Assembly (NCBI GenBank): GCA_049617635.1
Contig: JBMZJQ010000003.1
Coordinates: forward strand, 237-64,236
Direction of reading: 5' to 3'
DNA: 64,000 nt
Source of the DNA: Poseidonia sp.
GTDB taxonomy: Archaea > Thermoplasmatota > Poseidoniia > Poseidoniales > Poseidoniaceae
Below the pieces are notes generated by a model. That model saw nothing but the letters and a program-made list of their open reading frames with translations. It was not told where the DNA came from and searched no databases. The stretch's first letter is position 1, and the number at the start of each line of letters is the position of its first letter. The translations under genes and the position numbers were made by a program. Shown piece after piece: positions 43,844-53,154 of this stretch.

Positions 43844-44788
43844 ATGAGCACGCGTTCTGCGGTTGTCCTCGTGCTCTGCATGTTGCTGACGGGGTGCACC
43901 TCACCCGGTAGGGAGGACACTTTTGTTGTTGAGCAAGAGGTGGATGATGGGTTGCTGTGCAATGGTTTGTCGGTCTTGTGTGATCGGTCCTACGATAACG
44001 TGACCTTCCCCGAAACACACAACGCTTTTGCAACCCACGAGGACGGTATTTTCTACCCTGCCAGCAATCACCGGACAGGGTTGGATGCACAATGGGAGGC
44101 AGGCATTCGTGCGTTCATGCTCGACACGCACTACCTTGATTCGTCAAATCCAAGTTCAAGCGGGGTTCGATTTTGTCACGGGAATGGTGGCGGGGCCATC
44201 AGTCCTTGTGTCTATGGGAGTGTGAACGCAGTGACATGGCTGAGCGAGCTCAATCAACACATGGCTGAAGCACCATCGGACGTCGTCACGTTGCTGATTG
44301 AAAACTATGTTGAAGCCGACGATTTGGTCGCTGTTTTGGAAGAGGCAGGTCTTATGGAAATGGCGTATGTACACACGTTGAATGAACCCTGGCCAACCCT
44401 TCGTGAACTCGTCGAACAGAACCAACGAATGGTGTTGTTCTGGGAGCAGGCAGGCGATACCGGTCATCCGTACTTTCATGACTTCCTAACATTCAGTTGG
44501 ACAACCGACTATGCTGAGGAGAGCAAAGAGGAGATGGATTGTGCTCCTCACCGTGGCGATGCAACACAAGTTGTCTTTCACATGAATAACTGGCTGAGTG
44601 GGCCGTTGGGATTGTCGAGTCCAAACAACGCTGAGGAGACAAACGACCCCGCTTTTCTCATCGAACGAGCAACCGAATGCTTCGACATGCACGGCAAGCG
44701 CCCCACGTTCATCGCCGTTGATTGGTGGGAGGATGGCGATGTCGTTGCTGCTGCCTTGGCCGTGAATCAATTGGAATTATCTCTCTGA
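43844..44788 (+). CDS. Lipoprotein, PLC-like phosphodiesterase (PI-PLC X-domain-like) family
   Basis: Lipobox LLTGC. CDRSYDNVTFPETHNAFA ... SNHRTGLDAQWEAGIRAFMLDTHY ... VRFCHGNGG ... VVTLLIENY matches the recalled PI-PLC-X-like pattern. Confidence 0.55.
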   Translation: MSTRSAVVLVLCMLLTGCTSPGREDTFVVEQEVDDGLLCNGLSVLCDRSYDNVTFPETHNAFATHEDGIFYPASNHRTGLDAQWEAGIRAFMLDTHYLDSSNPSSSGVRFCHGNGGGAISPCVYGSVNAVTWLSELNQHMAEAPSDVVTLLIENYVEADDLVAVLEEAGLMEMAYVHTLNEPWPTLRELVEQNQRMVLFWEQAGDTGHPYFHDFLTFSWTTDYAEESKEEMDCAPHRGDATQVVFHMNNWLSGPLGLSSPNNAEETNDPAFLIERATECFDMHGKRPTFIAVDWWEDGDVVAAALAVNQLELSL

Positions 44789-44838
44789 CGCGCGAAATCG
44801 CCGCAGAATTGACATGCAGACCAAGCGAGGGATGTTCC

Positions 44839-45621
44839 ATGCGGCTCGGCGTCATCGGGGGCACAGGTCTCATCCAAATGGATCTCGGTGTGCGTCTTGA
44901 AACGGTTGATGGTACCTTGTTGCGAACATCCGACGTGACGGTAGAGACACCGTACGGGCCCGTCCCTCTCCGCTGCTTCACGTGTGAGGTCGGCGGCCGG
45001 GACGTCGAACTGATTTTCCTTCAGCGTCATCACAGCGCATCAGGCCACGGTTGCCCGCCTCATGCCATCAATCACCGTGCCAACATGACGGCATTGAACG
45101 GTGCTGATGTGGACGCCATTGTTTCGGTGTGCTCGGTTGGAGCTGTGGCGGCTACGTTCCCGCCAGGGAAGGTCGGATTGGCCGAGCAATACATCGATTT
45201 TACCGGGGTTGCCACGACCTTTCACGACCAAGAATCCGTGTTTACTTCGGTCACCGAACCGTTTGATGAGGCCTTGAACGAGCGCCTTGAAGACGTGCTT
45301 CGAGCAGCACAAGGGTTTGATGGAAACGAACCCATGAGGTACACCTACTGGTTGACCCAAGGACCTCAATTTGAAACTGGGGCTGAAGTTGATGCCATCG
45401 AACGGCTGGGCGGCGATATGTTGGGAATGACCATGCCCCGTGAGGCGAAACTCGCACGGGAATTGGACATCCCGTACGCCGCCGTGTGTATTTCTTCCAA
45501 CTGGGCCGCAGGGCGAGACCCCGAAGACGGCTCCAAGGACTTGGATCACGCTTCCGTTTCAGCCCAAGCCAACGACCGGCTTGAACCTGTTTGGGCCTGC
45601 ATCGTGTCCCTCATGTCGTAG
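44839..45621 (+). CDS. mtnP: S-methyl-5'-thioadenosine phosphorylase / purine nucleoside phosphorylase family
   Basis: RLGVIGGTGL, TPYGP, IFLQRHH, AINHRANMTAL, GPQFETGAE, GMTMPREAKLARE. Confidence 0.8.
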   Translation: MRLGVIGGTGLIQMDLGVRLETVDGTLLRTSDVTVETPYGPVPLRCFTCEVGGRDVELIFLQRHHSASGHGCPPHAINHRANMTALNGADVDAIVSVCSVGAVAATFPPGKVGLAEQYIDFTGVATTFHDQESVFTSVTEPFDEALNERLEDVLRAAQGFDGNEPMRYTYWLTQGPQFETGAEVDAIERLGGDMLGMTMPREAKLARELDIPYAAVCISSNWAAGRDPEDGSKDLDHASVSAQANDRLEPVWACIVSLMS

Positions 45622-45657
45622 GCCAAATCTCATGTGCTTCGGTGTTGAGCCGTTGCT

Positions 45658-46026
45658 ATGAAAGGCCGCTCCGTTGACGATTGGGTGGAATGCGAACCCC
45701 AGAATGAGTGGGAGTCGATGATGAAGAAAATTGCTTTGTTCCACGACAAGCATGATTTTGCAGGCCAAAACGGACACGACATGGGTTACCGACTGGCCCT
45801 CACCATCGAAGAACTGGGGGAACTCGCTGCTGCGGTCACCAAGGGCAAGCCGCTGGAGGAATGTGCCGAAGAGATGGCCGATGTGTTGATTCTCTTAATG
45901 GGCCATAGTCTGGCGATGGAACTTGATTTGAAAGCGGCTTTCGAAGCCAAGTACGAGCGCATCATGAAGAGAGAAGCACGCCAGGGGCGGTTGGGCGTTC
46001 GGGTAACGGAATACAAGCCGGAGTGA
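45658..46026 (+). CDS. MazG-like nucleotide pyrophosphohydrolase
   Basis: LALTIEELGELAAAV ... EEMADVLILLMGHSLAMELDL ... KYERIMKR (EExxE/EExxD helices of the all-alpha NTP-PPase fold). Confidence 0.65.
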   Translation: MKGRSVDDWVECEPQNEWESMMKKIALFHDKHDFAGQNGHDMGYRLALTIEELGELAAAVTKGKPLEECAEEMADVLILLMGHSLAMELDLKAAFEAKYERIMKREARQGRLGVRVTEYKPE

Positions 46027-46503
46027 TCAAACAATCCAGTGTTGAAACGTCATGGGGTGGTCGTCGTGTTCACCAGCCTCAACGTGACGCTCTGATATCA
46101 GGTAGAATCCGAGGTGTTCAAACTCAGGAGCATGGGCGTCTGCCCCGTCAACTTGCGTATGAATGACGGTCCGGTGGAGTTCTTTGGTGTGTTCCAAGAA
46201 GAGCGCGTAAATTTCTCCCCCGCCGATGACCATCACGTCTTCATGTTGACTCAGTTCAAGCACCTCGTCAAAGGTCATGGTTTCAATGCCCTCTGGAGGG
46301 GTCTGCCTTGTCATTACCACATTCCGGCGATTGGGCAGCGGCCGCCCGATGCTTTCCCATGTCTTTCTGCCCATCACCACCGTTTTGTTGAGGGTGATGC
46401 GTTTGAAATGTTGCAGGTCGGTGGATTGACGCCATGGCAGTTCACCTTCTCGCCCGATGGCGCCGTGTTCATCGGAAGCGAAAATCATGGAGAGCATGAA
46501 CAT
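46027..46503 (-). CDS. folA: Dihydrofolate reductase
   Basis: MIFASDEHGAIGREGELPW, TVVMGRKTWESIGRPLPNRRNVVMT, MVIGGGEIY. Confidence 0.85.
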   Translation of the reverse strand: MFMLSMIFASDEHGAIGREGELPWRQSTDLQHFKRITLNKTVVMGRKTWESIGRPLPNRRNVVMTRQTPPEGIETMTFDEVLELSQHEDVMVIGGGEIYALFLEHTKELHRTVIHTQVDGADAHAPEFEHLGFYLISERHVEAGEHDDHPMTFQHWIV

Positions 46504-46506
46504 CCC

Positions 46507-47313
46507 TCAGACAGAAATGGGGGCCTTGATGTGCTCGTGATGTTGATAGTCGATGACGCGAATGTCCTCGTAGGTGAAGTCATCGATGTTGCGAATGTCC
46601 GGATTGAGTTCCAGTTTTGGTAGGGGGAGAGGTTCACGCGTGATTTGCAAACGAGCTTGTTCCAAATGGTTGTTGTAGAGGTGGGCATCTCCCAGCGTGT
46701 GGACAAAGGTCCCCGCTTCAAGGTCACAAACTTGGGCCATCATGTGGGTTAACAACGCGTACGAGGCGATGTTGAATGGCACGCCAAGAAACACATCGGC
46801 ACTTCGTTGGTAGAGTTGGCAGTTCAGTTTTCCCTCAGCGACATGGAATTGGAAAAAAGCATGACAGGGCATCAACGCCATGTCCTCAAGTTCACCGACA
46901 TTCCAGGCTGAAACGATGATTCGGCGGCTGTTGGGGTTGGTTTTGATCGCCTCAATGGCTTGTTGCACTTGGTCGATGATTCGGCCGTCTTTCGTTTCCC
47001 ATCGGCGCCATTGTTTTCCATAGACAGGACCCAAATCACCGTTTTCATCGGCCCACTCGTTCCATATTCGCACGCCGTTTTCTTGGAGGTAACCCACATT
47101 GGTTTCTCCCTTCAAAAACCAAAGGAGTTCGTGGACGATGGAGGGAAGGTGCAGTTTTTTGGTCGTGACCATTGGGAATCCTTCGGACAGATCAAATCGC
47201 ATTTGATAGCCAAAAACGGATTTCGTGCCTGTTCCTGTCCGGTCGCCTTTGTCAGCACCCTCCGCAAGGATGTGCCTCATCAAGTCAAGGTACGTTTGCA
47301 CGATTCCACCCAA
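46507..47313 (-). CDS. thyA: Thymidylate synthase ThyA
   Basis: [55 protein letters not shown]. Non-ATG start: TTG at 47313 or GTG at 47301. Confidence 0.95.
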   Translation of the reverse strand: MGGIVQTYLDLMRHILAEGADKGDRTGTGTKSVFGYQMRFDLSEGFPMVTTKKLHLPSIVHELLWFLKGETNVGYLQENGVRIWNEWADENGDLGPVYGKQWRRWETKDGRIIDQVQQAIEAIKTNPNSRRIIVSAWNVGELEDMALMPCHAFFQFHVAEGKLNCQLYQRSADVFLGVPFNIASYALLTHMMAQVCDLEAGTFVHTLGDAHLYNNHLEQARLQITREPLPLPKLELNPDIRNIDDFTYEDIRVIDYQHHEHIKAPISV

Positions 47314-47346
47314 CGGAAGCCAGCAGAGAAGGCACTTAGGGGTTGT

Positions 47347-47979
47347 TCACGCTTCCACGGAAAAATCCGGAAGGAACATCAGGTCACTGGGTGTGCTCGG
47401 ATGGAGCGTGTAGGCGGCGATGTCTTTGGGGTCAAATTGGTCGATAAGCGGTTGAATGTGGGTGTTGACCTCATCAACCTCCATGCCCTTGCAGGCGTAA
47501 CAACGGCGTGCAAAACAACAGAGCATATCGATGGCGGCATGCGCCATCCCCAAATTCAATGCTTCTTGAATATCCTTGATTTCTTGAACGTCCTCCAAGG
47601 TCAAATCGATAATACCGAGTTTGTAACGTTGAGCGATTCGCTCCGATGCTGCAACCGATGCAAACTCCCACAGCGTCTTCGGCGTTGCTGCTTCCGGCCA
47701 ATTTGCTTCGCCAAGCAACACCAACGAGACGATGGCGTCGGTGATGGCACAGCCGGGGTGATTGTTGTTGTAGAGGATGCAAATGGGTTCAACCGTCCCC
47801 ACCGTTCGGTTTCGACCGCGGTAAAGGTGGACCTGAATGTGCGGGTCGTGGTCCTTGAGGAAGGCGTTGATCGTTCCGATGACATCGATTCTCAACTCAA
47901 AACCGTCGGTCTCTGTGACCAACTGGGTGTCGCCGGACTTGACACACAAGTGCCTTCCCCAGCTTGGTGCGCTGGTCAA
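47347..47979 (-). CDS. Hypothetical Cys-rich protein upstream of thyA-folA
   Basis: TTG start preceded by CTGGAGGAT SD. 210 aa. NNNHPGCAITDAI and LCCFARRCYACKG motifs. 33-nt gap to thyA on the same strand. No family recognised. Confidence 0.5.
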   Translation of the reverse strand: MTSAPSWGRHLCVKSGDTQLVTETDGFELRIDVIGTINAFLKDHDPHIQVHLYRGRNRTVGTVEPICILYNNNHPGCAITDAIVSLVLLGEANWPEAATPKTLWEFASVAASERIAQRYKLGIIDLTLEDVQEIKDIQEALNLGMAHAAIDMLCCFARRCYACKGMEVDEVNTHIQPLIDQFDPKDIAAYTLHPSTPSDLMFLPDFSVEA

Positions 47980-48125
47980 GACATCCTCCAGAAGTTGAAG
48001 CCCCCGAACTTCTGCGGCGAGTCATTGAGCTTCGATGTGGTTGAGGCTACCGTCTCCATTGAGGGCGCCGAACGGCGTGGTGTACACTGGCACAACGGAC
48101 TTATCATCCGACTCTATTTCTAGTC

Positions 48126-48965
48126 TTAAGGCGCTCCAAGTGCTGCGAGTGAACCCATCAATTGGTCGGTAAATTTCCGGTAGAGGCCTGCCAGGCGACT
48201 CCTCACTTCGTGTTCATCCTCCGATGACCAACGGCCAAGGGTTTCGGCAGTCATGTTTCCACCTTCGGGGTGGCCGAGCCATTCCAACCACGTGACCCCT
48301 GTGCCTGCATGAACGCTGAACGGTTTGAGAAGGCGTGGCCACTTGTGATAGGAAGGCCGCATGATCTCTCGGGTTCCAACCAAAGCCACCGGCACCACCA
48401 CGGCTTCAGGATAGGCAGCCGCGAGGCGTGCAACACCCGTTTTCCCGGGTAACAAGTAGGGCGCCTCATCTCTTTTCGACCGTGTTCCCTCCGGAAAAAT
48501 TCCGAGTGCCTTTCCTTCAGCCAAGATGTTCGCAGCACTCGAAAGCGCTTCATTCCCGCCTTGTTCTCGCTGCGTTTCGATTTGGCCTGTGGCACGCATC
48601 ACGAACCGAGTCCATGGATTGGTGAAGTGACCGTCTTTGGCGAGGTAGTGGGTGGTTCTACGGGCGGCTGCGATCACAGCGATTGGGTCGACGTGTGAGA
48701 GATGGTTTGCTGCGAGGATGGTAGCGCCTGTGCGAGGTATTCGATGTGATCCTCGAATCCTCCAGCGAAGAAGGGGTCGGAGTGCAGGCGAGAGGAACAT
48801 ACGCAACGCGCTGTAGACCGGTGTGGCCGGAAGGGGCGCAGCATGAGGTTGAATCTCCCAATGGGGTCGGATGGCTTCCCACGCTTGCTTTAACGACGGG
48901 CTGTCGGCCATGGTGCTTCTCTGCAGCAGGGTGTTTTCATGTTTCTTCCATTCAATGGGATTCAT
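48126..48965 (-). CDS. plsC: 1-acyl-sn-glycerol-3-phosphate (lysophospholipid) acyltransferase, PlsC family
   Basis: HX4D motif ANHLSHVDP; FPEGTRS; VVPVAL block. Confidence 0.8.
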   Translation of the reverse strand: MNPIEWKKHENTLLQRSTMADSPSLKQAWEAIRPHWEIQPHAAPLPATPVYSALRMFLSPALRPLLRWRIRGSHRIPRTGATILAANHLSHVDPIAVIAAARRTTHYLAKDGHFTNPWTRFVMRATGQIETQREQGGNEALSSAANILAEGKALGIFPEGTRSKRDEAPYLLPGKTGVARLAAAYPEAVVVPVALVGTREIMRPSYHKWPRLLKPFSVHAGTGVTWLEWLGHPEGGNMTAETLGRWSSEDEHEVRSRLAGLYRKFTDQLMGSLAALGAP

Positions 48966-49036
48966 CGGCAGTTTTCACGATTGTTTCAAACGGGCCAAAG
49001 GACAAGCGTCAAAGAGGGCGGTCGGGAGCCAAGAAC

Positions 49037-50332
49037 ATGAGCGACGGTGGTACGCATTCGGCGCTCCATGTCCTCTTGGCCTCCACCTTGGTTCTTGTCA
49101 CCGTTCACCCCGTGGTGTTGGCTGAATCGGCGTGGGAGGAAGACGGCTGGCTGAGAACCTCGTATGGTCAGGACCGTCTCAACGCAGGCGATGAATTTGG
49201 TTGCTACGGCATTCCCGGATTGGCTTGGTCAAACGACCCCGGGGCGGTGGCTCAGGCCTGCCAAGAATACATCACGCAACGTATCAATGCCAGTCAATGG
49301 GGCGCCAACCCGCTTTCCATCTATACGCCCAACACCCTCACGATGGCCGACCATCAGAAGATTTCGACACAAGGCTTTGTCGTCCACGGCGATGAAACGG
49401 GCCTGGCCGACACGGCATGGCACGACGGGGAGGACGAACCTGTGGACCTTTGGGAATGGTACAACCTCGGCCGACGAGGAGGAAGCCTCGAGAAAGGTGT
49501 TGCGTCCCTCGAACAACTCTCACAGGCCATCAACGAAGGTGGGCTGGTGAACATGTATTGGATCGGCCGTGTCAACGATGCTACCGTCCGGCACGACGCC
49601 GATGTTTTGGCTTACCTGGACGAGCATCCAAGTGTTTGGTTGACCACCTGGGGTGAAGCGTGGTCGCTCTGGTCGGCCAAACGCTGCTACGAGCATGCGC
49701 ACACCCTCCAATCTTCGGAGGAGAACAGCACCCTGTTGTTTGAATCCTTGATCACGGAAGCCTGCTTGGGCGTTTCCGAGGGGCTGCCGTGGAACGTGCC
49801 CCTCACGTGGCGAATTGATACGGGCGGTGCCGTGGTGGTTGCGGTTGAGGGTGCCAGCGGAGCGTTGCTCTCTATAGAAGGCGAAAAAACATCGCAAGAG
49901 GGCTGGTGGCAACAAGATGACGGAATTCTTCTGCTCTCCGTGGTCAACGGCCACAGCGTTTCCATCCATTTTGATCAACCCGATGTTGAATACGACATAC
50001 TCGGCCAGACTCAATTTTTCAACAACCATTCGGCAGCTGTAACGGTTGCAGGTCACGAAACCACAGACCTCTTCAAATGGTCGAAGCGGTTTTTGGAGGA
50101 CACCGATGTACGCTTCACGTGGTTGGTTCAACCACGGCCTGCCGAAGGAGCACACGCATGGATACCCTACGCCGTTCTTGGGGTTGGCTTTTGCACCGTG
50201 GTGCTGATGCTTGGCGTGCTTGGTCGAGAGGGCATTGGTCCACTCGCAGGCTTGACCGTTCCAGAACCCGGCACAAAACACGACCCGTTGACCAAAATTG
50301 AGCGAAGCCTTGATGCCGAAGAGGCCGAGTAG
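49037..50332 (+). CDS. Hypothetical secreted protein with N-terminal signal/anchor and C-terminal TM helix
   Basis: Start at MSDGGTHSALHVLLASTLVLVTV. C-terminal helix WIPYAVLGVGFCTVVLMLGVL. No family recognised. Confidence 0.55.
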   Translation: MSDGGTHSALHVLLASTLVLVTVHPVVLAESAWEEDGWLRTSYGQDRLNAGDEFGCYGIPGLAWSNDPGAVAQACQEYITQRINASQWGANPLSIYTPNTLTMADHQKISTQGFVVHGDETGLADTAWHDGEDEPVDLWEWYNLGRRGGSLEKGVASLEQLSQAINEGGLVNMYWIGRVNDATVRHDADVLAYLDEHPSVWLTTWGEAWSLWSAKRCYEHAHTLQSSEENSTLLFESLITEACLGVSEGLPWNVPLTWRIDTGGAVVVAVEGASGALLSIEGEKTSQEGWWQQDDGILLLSVVNGHSVSIHFDQPDVEYDILGQTQFFNNHSAAVTVAGHETTDLFKWSKRFLEDTDVRFTWLVQPRPAEGAHAWIPYAVLGVGFCTVVLMLGVLGREGIGPLAGLTVPEPGTKHDPLTKIERSLDAEEAE

Positions 50333-51737
50333 ATTTGTTGGAGGGCGTGCTGTGGCAAACGAAGATGTGGTCATTGACCCATGGGGCAGTGCGCAATCCA
50401 CGGATTACGAACGCATCATCCAACAGTTTGGGTTAACGCCGCTTGACGGTTCCTCGCTCCCTTCGCCATCAAAGTTGCACCGAAGGGGCATTGTGTTCGC
50501 CCATCGTGATGTGGACCAGATCCTCGAAGCACATCGAACCGGAGGTGGTTTCGGCGTCCTCACAGGACTCATGCCCAGCGGACAGATGCACCTCGGGCAT
50601 TCCATGGTGGTTGAACAGGCCAAATGGTTTCAGCAATTGGGTGGCGATGTGACCATCGCCGTTGCTGACCTTGAAAGTCAAGCGACGCGGGGCGTTTCGC
50701 TCGCCAAGGGAAGAGAGGTGGCTCTGCAGGAATACATCGCCCATTACGCCGCCCTTGGTTTGGACCCCGAAAAGACCAGTGTTTACTTTCAGTCGACACG
50801 ACCGGTGGTTCAACGCCTCGGTTTCCAACTTGGAAAGCGAACCAATCTCACGGAGTTTGAAGCTATTTACGGCTTTAATGGAGAGACCAATCTTGCCCAT
50901 GTTCAAGCCCCTCTCGTCCAAGTAGGCGATATCTTACATCCTCAAATGGACGAACATGGCGGGCTTCGACCCATCGTTGTCCCTGTTGGTGTCGACCAGG
51001 ACCCGCACCTACGCCTCACCCGAGGCTTGGCTTCGAAAACCAACTGGTTCAACCTCAAAGACGCCTCATCGAGTGGGGTGTTGATCAGCCTCTCCATCCA
51101 CGACGAAAACGCTGAGGTGTTCGGCCAACTTCCAAACGGAAGAATTGACCGAGACCGAGTTGCATCTGTGTTCGACCGTGTGGTCCAAGCCGTTGCAAGC
51201 CTCGGGTTTTCCGATATCATGTCGAGTCCGAAACAGGGGCACGTGCATGTTCCTTCGGCCACGTCCAGAGATAAGCACGGTCTTCGCATGGCTTTGCTGA
51301 AACTGGAGCGTGAGCTTGGTGGTCTTGGTTTACTGGCGCCATCATCGACATATCACCACTTCGCTGTGGGGATGACCGGAGATAAAATGAGCAGCAGCCA
51401 GCCCAAAACAACGTTGTTTTTGAGGGACGATTTAGCGACGGTTGAGAAGAAAATCAAGCGCGCTTTTTCGGGCGGTCAAGCCACCGTTGAGGAACATCGC
51501 CGCCTCGGAGGAAACCCCGACATCGACGTCGCCTATCAGTACATGATGTACTTCTTTGAGGAAGACGATGCGGTGATGTCAGAACTCAATGCATCGTTCA
51601 GGTCCGGGGCCTTGTTGGCTGGAGAAATGAAGCAGCATTGCATCGATGCAGCAACCATTTGGATGAAGAACCTGCACGAAATGCGCGACCAGACTGCCCA
51701 TCTTGTTGATGATTTCCTCGCAGAAGATTCACGATGA
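50313..51737 (+). CDS. trpS: Tryptophan--tRNA ligase (archaeal/eukaryotic type) with a large insertion before KMSKS
   Basis: VIDPWGSAQSTDYERIIQQFG (TrpRS N-terminal signature), HIGH as PSGQMHLGH, DQDPHLRLTRGLA, KMSKS as DKMSSSQP. The ORF-track start at 50298 is TTG. Confidence 0.8.
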   Translation: MPKRPSRFVGGRAVANEDVVIDPWGSAQSTDYERIIQQFGLTPLDGSSLPSPSKLHRRGIVFAHRDVDQILEAHRTGGGFGVLTGLMPSGQMHLGHSMVVEQAKWFQQLGGDVTIAVADLESQATRGVSLAKGREVALQEYIAHYAALGLDPEKTSVYFQSTRPVVQRLGFQLGKRTNLTEFEAIYGFNGETNLAHVQAPLVQVGDILHPQMDEHGGLRPIVVPVGVDQDPHLRLTRGLASKTNWFNLKDASSSGVLISLSIHDENAEVFGQLPNGRIDRDRVASVFDRVVQAVASLGFSDIMSSPKQGHVHVPSATSRDKHGLRMALLKLERELGGLGLLAPSSTYHHFAVGMTGDKMSSSQPKTTLFLRDDLATVEKKIKRAFSGGQATVEEHRRLGGNPDIDVAYQYMMYFFEEDDAVMSELNASFRSGALLAGEMKQHCIDAATIWMKNLHEMRDQTAHLVDDFLAEDSR

Positions 51738-52370
51738 GTCGTTGAGATCGTCGGTCGAAAACACCGCAGGATCGGGGCCAACCGGGAGCAACTCGAGTTC
51801 CTCAACAGTGAGGTCCCGTTCAACCGCCTCCGGATGAATGATCATGGAGTGGCCGTGAGGGTCGAGCAATTCAAGGGTGAGCGGTGCAGCACCTGCCTGT
51901 CCGAGTTCACCCATCACCAATGTCATGTTTTGAAGCGATGCCATGTGTTCCATGATGGTCTCCCGTTCCTCTTCGGGCGCTCCCTCGAATTGGGCAACCA
52001 GGTCTCGGTTCACCATGTTGATGATCTCGAGAAAACGGTTCAACACACCTTCGACGTTTGACACATAACCTGTTGAACTGCTGCCGGGATTCACTTGGAG
52101 GTCGAGTTCCGGCAGAACGACGGTGCAGGAAGATGAACGAACAACCCTCGCCCGCAACTTCTCTTCGCTGTCCAGAATCAACGACCAACCTCCGGCCTTT
52201 TTCCCTTCAGCAGGGATGAAATCGGTTTGGCGCCAACCGCAGTCATCGCAAAGCAACGTCACTTGTGTGTGTTCGCCGAAATACGGAATTTCGTCAATGT
52301 GGGCGATCATGTTAACCTTGCCGACAGAGGCGCACACCGGACAAGGGATGTCGATGGGTTGTTCGTTCAT
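51729..52370 (-). CDS. ZPR1-type zinc-finger protein (COG1779)
   Basis: CPVCASVGKVNMIAHIDEIPYFGEHTQVTLLCDDCGWRQTDF. ATGA overlap with the upstream SepF-like gene. Confidence 0.75.
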   Translation of the reverse strand: MNEQPIDIPCPVCASVGKVNMIAHIDEIPYFGEHTQVTLLCDDCGWRQTDFIPAEGKKAGGWSLILDSEEKLRARVVRSSSCTVVLPELDLQVNPGSSSTGYVSNVEGVLNRFLEIINMVNRDLVAQFEGAPEEERETIMEHMASLQNMTLVMGELGQAGAAPLTLELLDPHGHSMIIHPEAVERDLTVEELELLPVGPDPAVFSTDDLNDSS

Positions 52371-52999
52371 GAATACACGTCCGAAAGGTCGTCAGGTGAA
52401 ACGGCGAAGCCTTCCATTTCTGTGCCTCGAATGCCTCGACAGCCCTGCGGCAACAGCAGGAGTCGGGTGTCGGTGATGCGGATGATCTGTCCCTGTACGT
52501 CGCCCTCTACAAATTCATTGAGCATGCTCAAGGCTTGGTTGAATTCGGTTTTACGCTTCATCATCCGCTTCATCTCAACGATGCAACCGTGACCTTCCGA
52601 GACCCAATCCATAAGCGTTCCACAACCGGTCAAATCCAACAATGTGGAGTTGTGAAGGACCATTTCACCTTCGAACAGCGGGACGGGGGCGTTTGGGTAC
52701 AGGACGGCCAAGTCGTGGTACGTGGCGGTCGTGGAAGGAAGTGGACGGGGAGCATCGTTTTGCGCACTTGGCATGGAAAACGACCTTGGTCCCCGGTGCT
52801 CGTCAACAGTGACTGGGGCAGAGGTTACCGGCTTGACATGACCGTCCACTTTGGCTTCGGCCGCCTCAAGAATGTCCAAATCGGGCATGGCGGGGACGAT
52901 CGGTTCCTCTTCGGGGCTCTCCCCTTGAGATGGGGCTCCCGTGAATCGGTCGAGGGAAGACTGCGATTCGTCCACTCTCGCTCGTCGTCTTCGCCGCAT
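52367..52999 (-). CDS. SepF-like (DUF552) protein with long Arg/Pro-rich N-terminal extension
   Basis: The C-terminal approximately 90 aa (VLHNSTLLDLTGCGTLMDWVSEGHGCIVEMKRM...GQIIRITDTRLLLLPQGC) are colinear with the recalled haloarchaeal SepF. Start uncertain: ATGs at 52999, 53062 and 53122. Confidence 0.5.
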   Translation of the reverse strand: MRRRRRARVDESQSSLDRFTGAPSQGESPEEEPIVPAMPDLDILEAAEAKVDGHVKPVTSAPVTVDEHRGPRSFSMPSAQNDAPRPLPSTTATYHDLAVLYPNAPVPLFEGEMVLHNSTLLDLTGCGTLMDWVSEGHGCIVEMKRMMKRKTEFNQALSMLNEFVEGDVQGQIIRITDTRLLLLPQGCRGIRGTEMEGFAVSPDDLSDVYS

Positions 53000-53154
53000 G
53001 GCACAACCATCACGGCGAGGATTCTTCAACACTCCCCTTGGTTCTCGGCACACTTCGTCCATTCCCGGCCCTTGGTTGATTCTCCGGTCTGGATGTTGTC
53101 CCGCAATTCCAGTCTGCCTCAAGGTTCAAGAAGTGTCGGGGTGGAGAGGGTATC

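Noticed and set aside
46960-48123. 387-codon plus-strand ORF overlapping thyA and the upstream Cys-rich gene.
   Set aside because: It is antisense to an unambiguous ThyA. The minus-strand frame upstream has a strong SD and protein-like composition, whereas the plus-strand translation is Arg/Val/Cys-rich with no motif.
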